Position numbers and translations under genes: made by a program
Shown: positions 1-10,013 of the stretch, one piece after another
Position numbering within the stretch: position 1 is the first letter of the stretch
Layout of the letters: the number at the start of each line of letters is the position of its first letter
Notes under the pieces: model-generated
What the model was told of the DNA's origin: nothing
The model's database searches: none
The model's input: only the letters and a program-made list of their open reading frames with translations
Assembly: GCF_900232105.1 (NCBI RefSeq)
Contig: NZ_LT934425.1
Span: forward strand, 2,280,001-2,312,000
Direction of reading: 5' to 3'
Source of the DNA: Candidatus Kuenenia stuttgartensis
GTDB taxonomy: Bacteria > Planctomycetota > Brocadiia > Brocadiales > Brocadiaceae
Length of the DNA stretch: 32,000 bases

Positions 1-607
1 AGACTTCTCGAAAGGTATTGAGTCCGATAAGATAAGCAATCAGTATTCGATGCTTGGAAGTATGGTGCTGTGGATATTCTGGCCATCGTTTTGTGCGGCA
101 GCCGCCGAGGCGTCACAAATGGTTACTGCGGCGATAAACACTATTCTTTCCTTATGTGCCGCAACAATTTCTACTTATCTTGCGACAACGTTGATTCGAA
201 AGAAAATCGTTATTGAAGATATGGCAAATGCCGCACTTGCCGGCGGTGTGGCTATCGGTTCTTCTTGTGCTCATACAACGCCAAGGGCAGCGCTGATGCT
301 AGGTTTCATAGCCGGTATTTTGAGTGTCATTGGCTTTGCACTCATACAACCACGGCTTCAGAAAATGATTAAGGGTATTGATACCTGCGGCGTTCATAAC
401 CTTCATGGTATGCCTGGTATATTGGGTGGTCTGGCAGCAATTTTTATGGCAGGCAGCGCAGTGCCGGGATTGCAGATAAAGGGGGTTGTTATAACCTTTG
501 TCGTGGCCATTATTACCGGGCTTGCAAGCGGGACGGTGGTTTCTCTGTTTGGCCACAGAAGAGATTCTTACAATGATGAAGAAGAATTTGTAGTGGAAGC
601 CCACTAA
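1..607 (+). CDS. Rh-type ammonium/ammonia channel protein, C-terminal part (5' end outside window)
   Basis: The frame of the 50..607 ORF stays open back to nt 2 (DFSKGIESDKISNQYS precedes the listed Met), so the window edge cuts the gene. The sequence is multi-TM and hydrophobic. It has LWIFWPSF and DTCGVHNLHGMPGILGG, the conserved His-containing pore segments as spelled in Rh50/Rh members of the Amt/MEP/Rh superfamily. Confidence 0.8.
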   Translation, partial: DFSKGIESDKISNQYSMLGSMVLWIFWPSFCAAAAEASQMVTAAINTILSLCAATISTYLATTLIRKKIVIEDMANAALAGGVAIGSSCAHTTPRAALMLGFIAGILSVIGFALIQPRLQKMIKGIDTCGVHNLHGMPGILGGLAAIFMAGSAVPGLQIKGVVITFVVAIITGLASGTVVSLFGHRRDSYNDEEEFVVEAH

Positions 608-636
608 GAGTGCTGCCGGAGAAGATATATTTATAT

Positions 637-680
637 AGACCTCCTGCGTTTAATAAAACGCAAGAGGTCTTTTATTTTTA
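637..680 (+). terminator. Intrinsic terminator after the ammonium transporter gene
   Basis: Stem agacctcctgcgtt / aacgcaagaggtct (one bulge) around a short AT loop. It is followed directly by tttattttt and sits 30 nt after the stop codon. Confidence 0.65.
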
Positions 681-690
681 AGGAAAACAT

Positions 691-1701
691 ATGAATAAAA
701 TAATTGAATGTGTGCCTAATTTTAGCGAAGGAAAAGATCCCCGGAAAGTAGCAAAAATTGCAGATGCGGTTCAAAGGGTTAAGGGGGTGAAATTGCTGAA
801 CGTCGAATCTGATCCGGACTATAACCGCACGGTAATTACCTTTGCGGGAGAGCCGGAAGCAGTAAGGGACGCTGCATTTTCTGCAATAGAAACGGCAGCG
901 AACGTTATTGATATGACACTGCAAAAAGGGGAACATCCGCGTATTGGCGCAACAGATGTTTGCCCTTTTGTTCCCGTGGCAAACATTACCATGTCTGAAT
1001 GCGTTAAAATCGCACATTTATTAGGTAAGGATGTTGGAGAAAGGATTGGTATTCCCGTGTATCTTTACGCGGAGGCGGCAAATGTACCCCGACGTTATTT
1101 GCTCCCGGACATACGGAAAGGCGAATATGAAGGCCTTTCAAAAAAAATGAACGATGCGGAATGGCGGCCTGATTACGGCCCTTCAGTATTTAACGACCGT
1201 GTGAAAAAAACAGGCGCCACGGTGATTGGCGCGCGGGAATTTTTAATTGCTTACAATGTGAATCTTGATACTGACGATATTTCCGTTGCCAATACTATTT
1301 CAGGGATGATCCGGTCTTCGGGGAGAATGAAATTGAATGAAAAAGGGGAAAAGGAGCGTGTTGCCGGTACGCTGAAATTCGTTCAGGCAATGGGCGTGGA
1401 TTTAAAGGAATACAAAATTACTCAGGTATCCACCAACATCCTGAATTATAAAGTAACCCCGCCGCATGTTGTTTTTGAAGAGATAAAGAAACTTGCAAAC
1501 GTTTATGGCGTAAACGTCCGTGGCAGCGAGGTTATCGGCCTTATACCAAAAGGCGCTATTATTGAGGCAGGACGTTTTTATTCTTCGGAAGAAAATGAAC
1601 AAAACCTTGTCAACGTTGCAGTAGAAAAACTGGGATTAAGCCAGCTCAATAAATTTGTACCGGATAAAAAAGTTGTTGAGTATATGCTTGGACTGAATTG
1701 A
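691..1701 (+). CDS. ftcD: Glutamate formimidoyltransferase (formiminotransferase domain protein)
   Basis: 336 aa. The N-terminus MNKIIECVPNFSEGKD matches the hallmark ECVPNFSEG start of the formiminotransferase family. HPRIGATDVCPFVP follows. The length fits the stand-alone two-subdomain FT enzyme. Confidence 0.85.
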   Translation: MNKIIECVPNFSEGKDPRKVAKIADAVQRVKGVKLLNVESDPDYNRTVITFAGEPEAVRDAAFSAIETAANVIDMTLQKGEHPRIGATDVCPFVPVANITMSECVKIAHLLGKDVGERIGIPVYLYAEAANVPRRYLLPDIRKGEYEGLSKKMNDAEWRPDYGPSVFNDRVKKTGATVIGAREFLIAYNVNLDTDDISVANTISGMIRSSGRMKLNEKGEKERVAGTLKFVQAMGVDLKEYKITQVSTNILNYKVTPPHVVFEEIKKLANVYGVNVRGSEVIGLIPKGAIIEAGRFYSSEENEQNLVNVAVEKLGLSQLNKFVPDKKVVEYMLGLN

Positions 1702-1778
1702 TAATTGATACACCGATGGATTTCGCCTGCACAAAAATAGGGATGGGCAGGCCTCTTTCGGCAAAGAGCCTGGAATTA

Positions 1779-2066
1779 TCAGACAAGATATGCGTCGATT
1801 TCTTCTTTATTGAAACCATACAATATCTTATCTTCATTAACAACGACAATGGGAAGTTTGTCGAGAGATTCTATGTCATCAGTGCCAACAATTCTTATCG
1901 CATCTTTCCTTGCGTCTTCATCCTTGTCTATATCGTAGGAAATGTAATCTGCATTTCTCTTGTTTAAGTATGCAAGCAATTGATTACATTTCGGGCAAAA
2001 CGGGGTGCAAAATACTTTAAATTTATTTTTAGCCATGTTTTTCTCTCTTTCTTCGTAAAAGGACAT
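1779..2066 (-). CDS. Glutaredoxin-like / thioredoxin-fold small redox protein
   Basis: 95 aa. A CPKC dithiol motif follows the first beta-strand (KVFCTPFCPKCNQLLAYL). YISYDIDKDEDARKD and a later PIVVV..ILYGF motif are typical of the NrdH/YruB-type glutaredoxin fold. Confidence 0.6.
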   Translation of the reverse strand: MSFYEEREKNMAKNKFKVFCTPFCPKCNQLLAYLNKRNADYISYDIDKDEDARKDAIRIVGTDDIESLDKLPIVVVNEDKILYGFNKEEIDAYLV

Positions 2067-2295
2067 TCTATTTGTTACACCCTATAACGGTCTGCGTTTT
2101 CGTACAGGATGCTTTTACAAGTCAAGTTAAAATTCAAGCATAAACAAGGTTATCCGTCAACGAAAAAACCCTATTCGCCTCAATTGTTTATGAACAAATT
2201 ATACTGCCATGAAAGAGATAGGTAATGGCAAAGAAAGTAGCACTACAGCGACATTTTATTCTTACGTCCTGCACAAAAATATGATAAGTTTTCTC

Positions 2296-2512
2296 CCATA
2301 AGGTGCAGTAAAATCCTTTAGACAGTAGGGTGGATTAAGCGACAGCGAATCCACCGTTCCATTATTATTGGTGGATTCGGTGCGAAAAAGCCGCACCTTA
2401 ATCCACCCTACACGTTTGAAACGCCAAGTGAAACAACATGGTCTTTGCAGGCATGGTATATTAACCCTGACAGGGTTTGGAACCCTGTCAGGGTTGTTTA
2501 TTTCATTTTCAT
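2296..2512. repeat. Composite palindromic repeat, family 2, copy A (GTAG-hairpin module plus aaccctgacaggg hairpin)
   Basis: cccataaggtg..gtagggtggattaagcgacagcgaatccacc..atccaccctac..ggtatattaaccctgacagggtttggaaccctgtcagggttgttt recurs in the same order and orientation at 28628-28806. It lies directly upstream of the MFS gene start. Confidence 0.8.
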
Positions 2513-2542
2513 GTGAAGTCCCTACATTGAGGATAAGAACAT

Positions 2543-3835
2543 ATGCTGAAGTTTAAAAACAGGCAGGAATTGGGGTGGTGTTTTTATGATTGGGCGAATT
2601 CGGCATTCGCCACAACCGTCATGGCAGGATTCTTCCCGGTTTTTTTTAAAAATTACTGGTGTCAGGGTATGGAAGTGACAAAAAGTACTGCGATTTTGGG
2701 AATGGCAAATTCTTTGTCGGGGTTTTTAGTGGCAGCGATTGCCCCAATAATTGGTGCGATTGCGGATAGCGGGTCGTATAAAAAAAGGTTTCTTATTTTT
2801 TTTGCATATCTTGGAGTCCTGTCAACAACAGCGCTTTTTATGGTGCAGAGGGGTAATTGGCTGTTTGCGGCAGTTGCCTACACAATTGGCACGGTTGGAT
2901 TTTCAGGCAGTGTCATCTTTTATGATTCCATCCTTCCTTTAATAACAAATAAAAAAAGGATTGATTATGTATCTGCGCTGGGCTATGCGATGGGTTATCT
3001 TGGCGGAGGAATACTCTTTGCATTCAATATTTGGATGATATTACACCCGGCATTTTTTGGACTGAAAGATGCAAACCACGCAATACGTATTTCCTTTTTA
3101 ACCGTTGCCGCCTGGTGGGGAATATTTACATTACCCATTATTTTTTTTGTAAAGGAACCCGGGAAAGAACCCCGCATTTCGCCTAAATTTGCTTTCCGAA
3201 GCGGATTGAAACAATTAACCCATACCTTACATAAGATGCAACACATGAAAACGATAGTTCTTTTTTTAACCGCCTATTGGCTTTATATTGATGGCGTGGA
3301 TACTATAGTAAGAATGGGGGTTGATTATGGATTGTCAATAGGTTTCGAATACAGGGACTTGCTGCTGGCATTGCTTATCACCCAATTCGTAAGTTTTCCC
3401 TGCGCCATAGTATTTGGAAAGCTGGGTGAAAGAATAGGGGCGAAACATGCGATTTTTATTGCTATCGGAGTCTATATCTTTGCAGTAATGTGGGCAATGA
3501 GGATGAAGGCAACCTATGAGTTTTATGGGCTTGCTATCCTTATAGGGCTTGTCCAGGGCGGCATTCAGGCAATGAGTCGGTCTTTTTATTCACGCCTTAT
3601 TCCCCATGATCAATTGGCTGAGTTTTACGGATTTTACAATATGGTAGGCAAGTTTGCCGTTATCCTAGGCCCTGTTTTAATCGGCATTACAGGGATATTT
3701 TTTGAGAGTTCGCGAATGGGCATCGCGTCAATCGTGATTCTCTTTATAACCGGAGGGGTACTGCTTTTTTTTGTGGATGAAAAGAAAGGTGCTGAGCAAA
3801 CAAAATATCTTTCTTTACGTGAAAACGGACAGTAG
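2543..3835 (+). CDS. MFS transporter, UMF1 (Atg22-like) family
   Basis: 430 aa with about 12 hydrophobic segments. The N-terminal ELGWCFYDWANSAFATTVMAGFFPVFF matches the conserved UMF1-family opening (YDWANSAF). Confidence 0.8.
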   Translation: MLKFKNRQELGWCFYDWANSAFATTVMAGFFPVFFKNYWCQGMEVTKSTAILGMANSLSGFLVAAIAPIIGAIADSGSYKKRFLIFFAYLGVLSTTALFMVQRGNWLFAAVAYTIGTVGFSGSVIFYDSILPLITNKKRIDYVSALGYAMGYLGGGILFAFNIWMILHPAFFGLKDANHAIRISFLTVAAWWGIFTLPIIFFVKEPGKEPRISPKFAFRSGLKQLTHTLHKMQHMKTIVLFLTAYWLYIDGVDTIVRMGVDYGLSIGFEYRDLLLALLITQFVSFPCAIVFGKLGERIGAKHAIFIAIGVYIFAVMWAMRMKATYEFYGLAILIGLVQGGIQAMSRSFYSRLIPHDQLAEFYGFYNMVGKFAVILGPVLIGITGIFFESSRMGIASIVILFITGGVLLFFVDEKKGAEQTKYLSLRENGQ

Positions 3836-4044
3836 GCAGTCGGAAGTTAGCAGTCAGCAATCGACAATCGGCAATCGACAAATTGCAAATTGCAGATTGT
3901 GGCCTGAGGATTGAGGATTGAGCACGAGGGGATGGGATCATATCTTGATGTGTGATTAAACCCATTTTTGAAATCAATGATCAATATGTTACCCCTTTTG
4001 CGCCTTTATCAACAATATAATAAAATCAATGCGGAGGTTATATA

Positions 4045-4595
4045 ATGGACATTTATCCAATAAAAACAGAAGTAGATTACAAAAAAGCACTTTCCGAAAT
4101 TGAAAATCTCTGGGGTTCAAAAGAAAATACAAAAAAAGGAGATAAACCAGTACATCGTTTCGTTAAAGTGTGTACGTAAAAAAATGTCATTGCGAGGAGT
4201 GGAGCGACAGCGAAGCAATCTTAAGTCCTTTGGGAACAAGAGATTGCTTCGCTGTCGCTCGCAATGACGGTATCAATGTAGATATTTTAATGAAACGCTA
4301 TACTAGATATTCTTTTAGTTTTGGTGGAAGCATATGAAGAAAAACACTATCCAGTTGATCCACCTGATCCGGTAGAAGCATTAAGATTCAGAATGGAACA
4401 AATGGAGTTATCCAGAAAGGATTTAGAACCATTTATAGGAAAACGTGGTCGAGTGTCAGAAATTTTAATCATCAAAGAAGTCTTACTTTAAATATGATTA
4501 AAAAGCTTCATTTTAATCTTCATATTCCTTTAGAAATCTTAATCGGGAATGCACCCGTGGCGGACTTAGAAGCACAAAACTATCAACCTGTATAA
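4045..4595 (+). pseudogene. higA: higA-like HTH antitoxin gene (COG5499-type), disrupted by a MITE and a frameshift
   Basis: MDIYPIKTEVDYKKALSEIENLWGSKENTKKGDKP runs into an insert that carries a TAA at 4177. The same frame resumes at 4303 with LDILLVLVEAYEEKHYPVDPPDPVEALRFRMEQMELSRKDLEPFIGKRGRVSEIL. A frameshift near 4470 is then needed to read HQRSLTLNMIKKLHFNLHIPLEILIG. No higB-like toxin ORF lies upstream. Confidence 0.7.
4149..4304. mobile_element. 156-bp MITE-like insertion inside the higA-like gene
   Basis: Imperfect terminal inverted repeats agtacatcgtttcgttaaa / tttaatgaaacgctatact. There is a long internal hairpin (gtcattgcgag..gagcgacagcgaagcaatct / agattgcttcgctgtcgctcgcaatgac). 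Deleting exactly 4149-4304 (156 nt = 52 codons) restores an uninterrupted GDKPDILLVLVEAYEEKH reading frame. Confidence 0.65.
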
Positions 4596-4644
4596 ATGCC
4601 AGATAGAAGCACTGCACTTGATTTAACCGCGTCACCCACCATTG

Positions 4645-4680
4645 CGCCAAACGCCTGTTGGCGGTTCGTTGTTTTTTTTC
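4645..4680 (+). terminator. Possible intrinsic terminator between convergent higA remnant and DUF262 gene
   Basis: Stem cgccaa/ttggcg with a 7-nt loop, followed by gttcgttgttttttttc. The T-run is only on the plus strand. Confidence 0.45.
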
Positions 4681-4685
4681 TGTCG

Positions 4686-6473
4686 TCATAGTCCGAAGTA
4701 ATAATCTCTCATTTTGTTTGCCATAAGTTTCCTTCTCAAAGCCAGAAAGTCTTGATAGTCGTCTATGGTCATTTCCATCAACTCTGTCGGAACACAATTC
4801 ACTTTTAAATTGTCCAAAAGTTCCTGCTCTGTCGAAATTCCACTTACTTGTCTGTTGTTCTCAATCATTTGCGTTTTGAGTAAGTCGAAATAGTCTTTAG
4901 GAGGCTTGTTGCCCACCTTAATGTTTATTTCTGACTGCATATACACATAGTTTGCAATCTGATTGTATTTGCTTCGGTCAAGCCCGTTCTTCTTCAAATA
5001 GTCTTTTGGAAACAAATGGTGTATGTCACCACGAAGCGAAATCAAGTCGCTAACTAAAACGTCTTTTGATAAAAATCCTTTGTCGTTAGCTTTTACTTGT
5101 GAGGCAAGAAATACGTGGAAATATGGACTACTTGCAACAGAAGTGTCCAAACTTTGTGGCAAAGAAGCGTTCCAAAATGCTTCTGAAAGTTCGGCTTCTT
5201 CTCGTTCGTTCAAAATCTCGTTAAATGGTTTGTGTTCAATCTGCTTAATGTCGAAGTCAAACGCACTTTCTGGTGAACCTGAATACCGACCTGTCAGAAT
5301 TGAATAAACCAACCAACGTCTTGCATAACTCTCAATGTCAACGGAACTTACTCCAAGGTCTTTCAGTTTAAGGTAAACTATGTAAGCAAAATTTATGGCG
5401 TTTTGTGAACGGATTAGTTTAGGTGAAATAAAGCCGGCTGATTTTACAATCATTAAAAACCTTTTGAAATTGGTTTCATTGATAAAGTTGGTTACTCCGT
5501 TTTTAAGTGTCGCAAATGATTGTTGAGCTATTTCCGCTTCGTATGTTCTTGTTTCAAAATTTCTTCCTGATAACAAACTAACTAAGTCGGAAAGTCTGCC
5601 CCTGTTGAATTGTGAAGTAAAAGTAACACGAATTAAGTCATTATAGTCGGGGTCGTAAAGGTCTTCATTTTCAGTTTTGAGCCATTGCATTTTTTGAAAG
5701 AAGTCTGTTTTTGCAAACTCCTTGTCATTATCTACTATGTGTTTGTAAAAGTCTGGAGCAATGGCAAGGTGGCAGAAATAGTCAATCGCTTTTCTTAGTT
5801 CATTTCCACCATTTTCGGTGTCTGCTGCAATCTTACTCATTGCAAAGTCTGCTTGACTTAAAACAACGCCTTTTGAGTTGATGCGGATAAAAATTTCCGT
5901 AACGGTTTCAATGTCTAAGTCAGGCGAAAGTTCGATTAAACCAATTTGCTTTTTCGGTATGTTAATAAGGTTTGAGAAAGCGTTACGAACGTGCTTTTTG
6001 TCAACATCAGTATTTAGTTCAAAATAATTGTCCGCAATCTCAAATAGGTCTCCGTTTATTGCTTCTGAAATATCGTGTAGCCAGGTTTTGTCTTTAAGAA
6101 TGGCTGGATTTTGAACTTCAAACCGTTCTTCAATTGGATTGAACGCTATTTTGATTTTTACTTGTTGATATGTCTTGTTGATTATATATTGTCCAAGAAT
6201 TGCAGCTGTTAATGCTGTTACTCGTTGTTGTCCATCAATTAAAACCTTTTTACCTTCACTTAAACTTCCGTCTTTCAGCCTTACGTTAGGGTTTCTCCAA
6301 GCGATAACATAGCCAACAGGATAACCTTGATATAAACTGTCCATTAAGTCGCGGACTTTTGAACTGTCCCAAACAAATGGTCTTTGAATTTCCGGAATTG
6401 CAATTTCTCCTGAATTTACCCAAGCTAAAATTGTCTCGATTAAGTGTTGGTTAACTGAATATTTCTGCATCAA
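4686..6473 (-). CDS. DUF262 + DUF1524 (GmrSD-family) nuclease, probable modification-dependent restriction enzyme
   Basis: 595 aa. The N-terminal ParB-like DUF262 signatures are [11 protein letters not shown] and [12 protein letters not shown]. The C-terminal His-Me-finger-like region is [12 protein letters not shown]...[19 protein letters not shown], as in the DUF1524 nuclease end of GmrSD/BrxU-type enzymes. Confidence 0.85.
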   Translation of the reverse strand: MMQKYSVNQHLIETILAWVNSGEIAIPEIQRPFVWDSSKVRDLMDSLYQGYPVGYVIAWRNPNVRLKDGSLSEGKKVLIDGQQRVTALTAAILGQYIINKTYQQVKIKIAFNPIEERFEVQNPAILKDKTWLHDISEAINGDLFEIADNYFELNTDVDKKHVRNAFSNLINIPKKQIGLIELSPDLDIETVTEIFIRINSKGVVLSQADFAMSKIAADTENGGNELRKAIDYFCHLAIAPDFYKHIVDNDKEFAKTDFFQKMQWLKTENEDLYDPDYNDLIRVTFTSQFNRGRLSDLVSLLSGRNFETRTYEAEIAQQSFATLKNGVTNFINETNFKRFLMIVKSAGFISPKLIRSQNAINFAYIVYLKLKDLGVSSVDIESYARRWLVYSILTGRYSGSPESAFDFDIKQIEHKPFNEILNEREEAELSEAFWNASLPQSLDTSVASSPYFHVFLASQVKANDKGFLSKDVLVSDLISLRGDIHHLFPKDYLKKNGLDRSKYNQIANYVYMQSEINIKVGNKPPKDYFDLLKTQMIENNRQVSGISTEQELLDNLKVNCVPTELMEMTIDDYQDFLALRRKLMANKMRDYYFGL

Positions 6474-6517
6474 GTCTTTCCTTTTTTGTCTGTTCGTTTA
6501 TGGTTTCGGTGTCGTCT

Positions 6518-7140
6518 TTACAATGACCGCCAACGTTTTGCGTGTTGCCGAAGTTGGCGATTTTCAGCACTAAAGTTCATTCGAAGCATTACTGTTTGTT
6601 GACCCACAACTGTCGTATGAAGCACGGAACCCTCTGTGTCAATGGTAAATCTGATTTTGTTTCGATGGATTTTATTCAGGTATTCCACCAATGGCGTTAC
6701 TTCCCGTTCGTGTTGATGTATCAGGTTTACTCCGGGTGTGGTGATGATAAGTTCCGGGTCTTTAAACCTTTGTTGTGTTCAATAAACTGAAAAACATTGA
6801 TGTGCACTATCATTGTCTTACCGCTTCCTGTTGCCATCCAGTAAGCCAATGCACTTTTTGCAAAGTCTTCAAATTCCTTGCTGTAACGTTGCCTGAAAAA
6901 AACTTAGGTAAAGTAAATCGCCAATATCTGATAGTAACTAAGGGTTACTTTCTGTTGCTTGCGGGCTTCCAGATAAGTGTTGTAAGCTTTCAGATACTTC
7001 TTTACGGCATCCAATATTTTTTCATCTAAACCAATATAGGCATCATAAGCTTCAATTTTTTCCTGTGTTGACTTGTCGAATAAATCAATCGTCTCCCTCA
7101 GGAAGTGCCTGCGTATATGTTGATATAATTTTAATTCCAT
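6518..7140 (-). pseudogene. Remnant of an SF2 helicase / restriction-enzyme Res-like gene (in-frame stop, frameshift, 3' truncation)
   Basis: The minus-strand reading from 7140 gives MELKLYQHIRRHF...AIYFT, then an in-frame TAA at 6901-6903. The same frame continues VFFRQRYSKEFEDFAKSALAYWMATGSGKTMIVH (helicase motif I / Walker A). A frameshift near 6750 is needed to continue FKDPELIITTPGVNLIHQHEREV. Only about 200 codons remain before the DUF262 gene. Confidence 0.6.
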
Positions 7141-7149
7141 AATTTTGAC

Positions 7150-7941
7150 TTAACTGCTTTTATACTGTATTTCCAATGCCTTTGGAAGCATCAGCAGAAA
7201 AGGCAATGTTTTTTCATACTTTAAATCTTCATAGAATAATCCTATGCGGGCTAAATTATTGTAGTAGGCTTGCAGGTTGTGATAATAGTAATACTCGCTT
7301 GCTATATACCACGCATTTTGACCTAAATGGCTACTTAAAAACCATTTTTCCAGCAGCCTGGCAGCTCTGCCATTACCATCATTGAATAGATGAATTTTTA
7401 CAAATACTAAATGAATGTAAGATGCATAATAGAAAATCTCTTCGGTGCCGGGCGAACCGGCAAGCAATGTTTCCAGTTCATCCCAAAAACGTTTAAATTC
7501 CTTTTTTACAATGGATGCAGGCGCAGCTTCGTATTGTATGCGTTGAGACTGCTGCTCCATAATCAGCATGTTACCTGTCCTTATCACGCCCCGTTGTGCC
7601 TCCGGCAATAACTGACGGGTAGCTATGCTGTGGGCTTTATAAAAATTGGATAGGCTAAGCCTGTTGTCCCTTGCAAATTCATAGGCGGCATACAAATCAT
7701 TGGGCTTTTCGGTCAGGTTGGGCAGATATTCTATGTTGAGCACTTTGTGTTTTACATAGCTGTCAACCTCTAAGGTTTCGCCTTCTATACGGGATGAAGA
7801 CATTACCGATACTGCAGTGGCAAATTTAAAGTTATCCGCAGTCCATTCTTTTTGTTTAATTGAAGAAAAGGCATCATTCAGGTCTATATCCAGCATGGAT
7901 ACATACGGTGACAGTAAATCGTTTTTAAGCAACTCTTCCAT
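7150..7941 (-). CDS. fic: Fic family protein (AMPylase-type) with N-terminal auto-inhibitory motif
   Basis: 263 aa. The canonical Fic motif HxFx(D/E)GNGRxxR is present as HLFNDGNGRAAR. An [ST]xxxE[GN] inhibitory-helix motif is present N-terminally as SSRIEG, which is the class II arrangement. Confidence 0.9.
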   Translation of the reverse strand: MEELLKNDLLSPYVSMLDIDLNDAFSSIKQKEWTADNFKFATAVSVMSSSRIEGETLEVDSYVKHKVLNIEYLPNLTEKPNDLYAAYEFARDNRLSLSNFYKAHSIATRQLLPEAQRGVIRTGNMLIMEQQSQRIQYEAAPASIVKKEFKRFWDELETLLAGSPGTEEIFYYASYIHLVFVKIHLFNDGNGRAARLLEKWFLSSHLGQNAWYIASEYYYYHNLQAYYNNLARIGLFYEDLKYEKTLPFLLMLPKALEIQYKSS

Positions 7942-8076
7942 ACTGTTTACTGATTAAAAATGTTTGCGTGAATAATATTTACCCGTGACAATCCTTTGCC
8001 TACTTGCAGTTGTTTGTCTTTGAGCGTTGCCAGAATATTGAAATCATAATTGACTTCTATTTTTCCCATTGAAGAT

Positions 8077-8299
8077 GGGTGCATTCCCGATTTTTTGTAA
8101 ATATAGTCAAAAAAATAAGGTTTTCGGAAGATGAATAATAAAATTTATTGCAAGGGTGGTACAGGCATTCCTGCCTGTATTCCGCACAGACAAAATGCCT
8201 GTGCCACCCGTATAGGCAGGCAGCTTGTGTATTAAATATCACAAGCAGGATGCTTGTGTTACATTGTGCAGATAATTACAAAAAATCGGGAATGCCCCC
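8077..8299. mobile_element. MITE family 1, short (internally deleted) copy
   Basis: Terminal inverted repeats gggtgcattcccgattttttgtaa / ttacaaaaaatcgggaatgccccc. The interior matches both ends of the 422-bp copy at 26518-26939 (reverse orientation) but lacks its central ~200 bp. I found no flanking target duplication. Confidence 0.7.
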
Positions 8300-8613
8300 A
8301 GTTTCCTTTTGCTATAGTAACTCTCGATATCAAGGCTCGCGGTTAAACTATATCTTTGCAATTATAAAGTCAAGAAAATCATGTGATATAGTTAAACTTG
8401 CATTGTACAGATGCTTCAAATTTAGCGGTATATAATGGCTACTTTGTGTGAAGATTTTTGGAAGCTTTCAATTGTTACCTTCATTTGAAATCTTAAAACA
8501 CCAGCAACTCTAATAGTTCCAAACAGGGTTTGTCCGTGCCACCCTTATAAAACTCGCATTTTGTGAGCTTTTTGAGTATACATCGCAAATGGAGAGCCGC
8601 CTGAGTGTCGTTG

Positions 8614-9303
8614 TCAATACCTGATACCATCAAAGAAATTACACACCTTCATGGAAACAATACCTTCTTTTCCCCGGTAGAAATGGTCGCTGTTTTCTAT
8701 TAACTCACTTGTCACGGGCAAGTGTATTTTTTCTAAACCTTGCAGTGTGTCTTCCACTGTTGTGGCGAAATCATTTTGATTATATATGAATAATTTTGGT
8801 TTTTTACATTCCCTTAAAAAACTGAGGTTATATTTGCCAAATGGCGTGGAAATTGAAGCGAATGCCGATACGGCATCGCTTGCCGTCGCTACTCTCATGC
8901 CAACAATACAGCCAAATGAATACCCCGCAATAAATATCTTAGCGTCCCTGCCGGACTGCTTTACCAGGAAATTTAGAGCTGAATGAACGTCCGTTAGGGC
9001 ATCGGCATAATTTTCACTGCTCATTGTTTTTTCCCAGTAGTGAAATATTTCTGCAATATCTTTCACCCCGCATTCGCTGTTACCAACGCCGCGGTAATTG
9101 AAACGGAGCGAGAGAAAGCCGGCTTTTGCCGAAACACGCGCAAGGCTCGTTATTATATTGTTTTCCATATCGCCGCCGAGGGTAGGATGGGGGGGGCATA
9201 AAAGAATTGCCCTGGAAGGCATTGTGTTTTCATCGTATGCCAATACTCCCTCGAGGGATAAATTATCAGAAGGGAAATGAACGTGTTCTTCTGTTATGTT
9301 CAT
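8614..9303 (-). CDS. Alpha/beta-fold hydrolase
   Basis: 229 aa. The nucleophile elbow G-x-S-x-G appears as AGYSFGC. RFNYRGVGNS is upstream and a C-terminal NSDHFY His region is present. The start overlaps the upstream cytochrome gene stop by 4 nt. Confidence 0.7.
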   Translation of the reverse strand: MNITEEHVHFPSDNLSLEGVLAYDENTMPSRAILLCPPHPTLGGDMENNIITSLARVSAKAGFLSLRFNYRGVGNSECGVKDIAEIFHYWEKTMSSENYADALTDVHSALNFLVKQSGRDAKIFIAGYSFGCIVGMRVATASDAVSAFASISTPFGKYNLSFLRECKKPKLFIYNQNDFATTVEDTLQGLEKIHLPVTSELIENSDHFYRGKEGIVSMKVCNFFDGIRY

Positions 9304-10013
9304 GGTTGTGCAGAGACGTCCCTTTCTTTTTGAATGCCTTTCAAAAGCATTCGTGATAATTGGATATTGTGTATGCCATATTGTTGTATTTGCTTTACAT
9401 ACTTTTGCATTTTCGCGCTATTATTGTTTTCCCGGATAACCGGCTGCGTTTCTTCTCTCAAAAACTCTTTCCATTTATCATAGAGTAATCCGTAATCATC
9501 ATTATGACACTCTATACAGATACTGCGGGTATCACGGAAGAGAAAATTGTTTTCTTCCTGTTTGTGGCAATCGGTACACAACACCGCCTTATACATCCAA
9601 TCAGGGGTTCCGGTGACGGGAGAATGAATGCCCGCATAGCGGAACGAACCGTTTCGGTAGTCGTTTACCGCGGAATGGCATTTCAAACAATCGTCATTTG
9701 TTGCTTCATTGTGATGACATTTTTTGCAGTCGTTTTCTTCAATTATTAAACCGCCGTGTGTTTTCGTGTTTGCCGGATCGTTATTATGGCATTCACAGCA
9801 TTCAATGTTCTGTAAGGGAGAATGATGGTTGTGCAAAAAAAAGCTGTCCTTATATTTTGTACGGTAATGCAAATAATTTACGTGGCACCTGTCCGTGCAT
9901 GAGCCTGAAGGATACACGAACGGTGTTTGCCGCATCAACAGATTTTCTTCCCCTGATGTGAGTGAATTGAGCGAAGCGATAAAAAAACAGGCGATGATTA
10001 TTAATCGTTTCAT
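9300..10013 (-). CDS. Periplasmic multiheme cytochrome c (5 CxxCH plus one CxxxCH)
   Basis: The N-terminal signal peptide is MKRLIIIACFFIASLNSLTSG. Heme-binding motifs are CCECH, CKKCH, CLKCH, CTDCH and CIECH, plus CTDRCH. Confidence 0.85.
   Translation of the reverse strand: MKRLIIIACFFIASLNSLTSGEENLLMRQTPFVYPSGSCTDRCHVNYLHYRTKYKDSFFLHNHHSPLQNIECCECHNNDPANTKTHGGLIIEENDCKKCHHNEATNDDCLKCHSAVNDYRNGSFRYAGIHSPVTGTPDWMYKAVLCTDCHKQEENNFLFRDTRSICIECHNDDYGLLYDKWKEFLREETQPVIRENNNSAKMQKYVKQIQQYGIHNIQLSRMLLKGIQKERDVSAQP

Noticed and set aside
3744-3977. A 77-aa minus-strand ORF over the low-complexity tract gcagtcagcaatcgacaatcggcaatcgacaaattgcaaattgcagattg.
   Set aside because: The ORF is generated by degenerate short tandem words (caatcg, attgca, gaggatt). 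It gives a low-complexity peptide, has no start context, and overlaps the MFS gene end. I treat it as an intergenic repeat.
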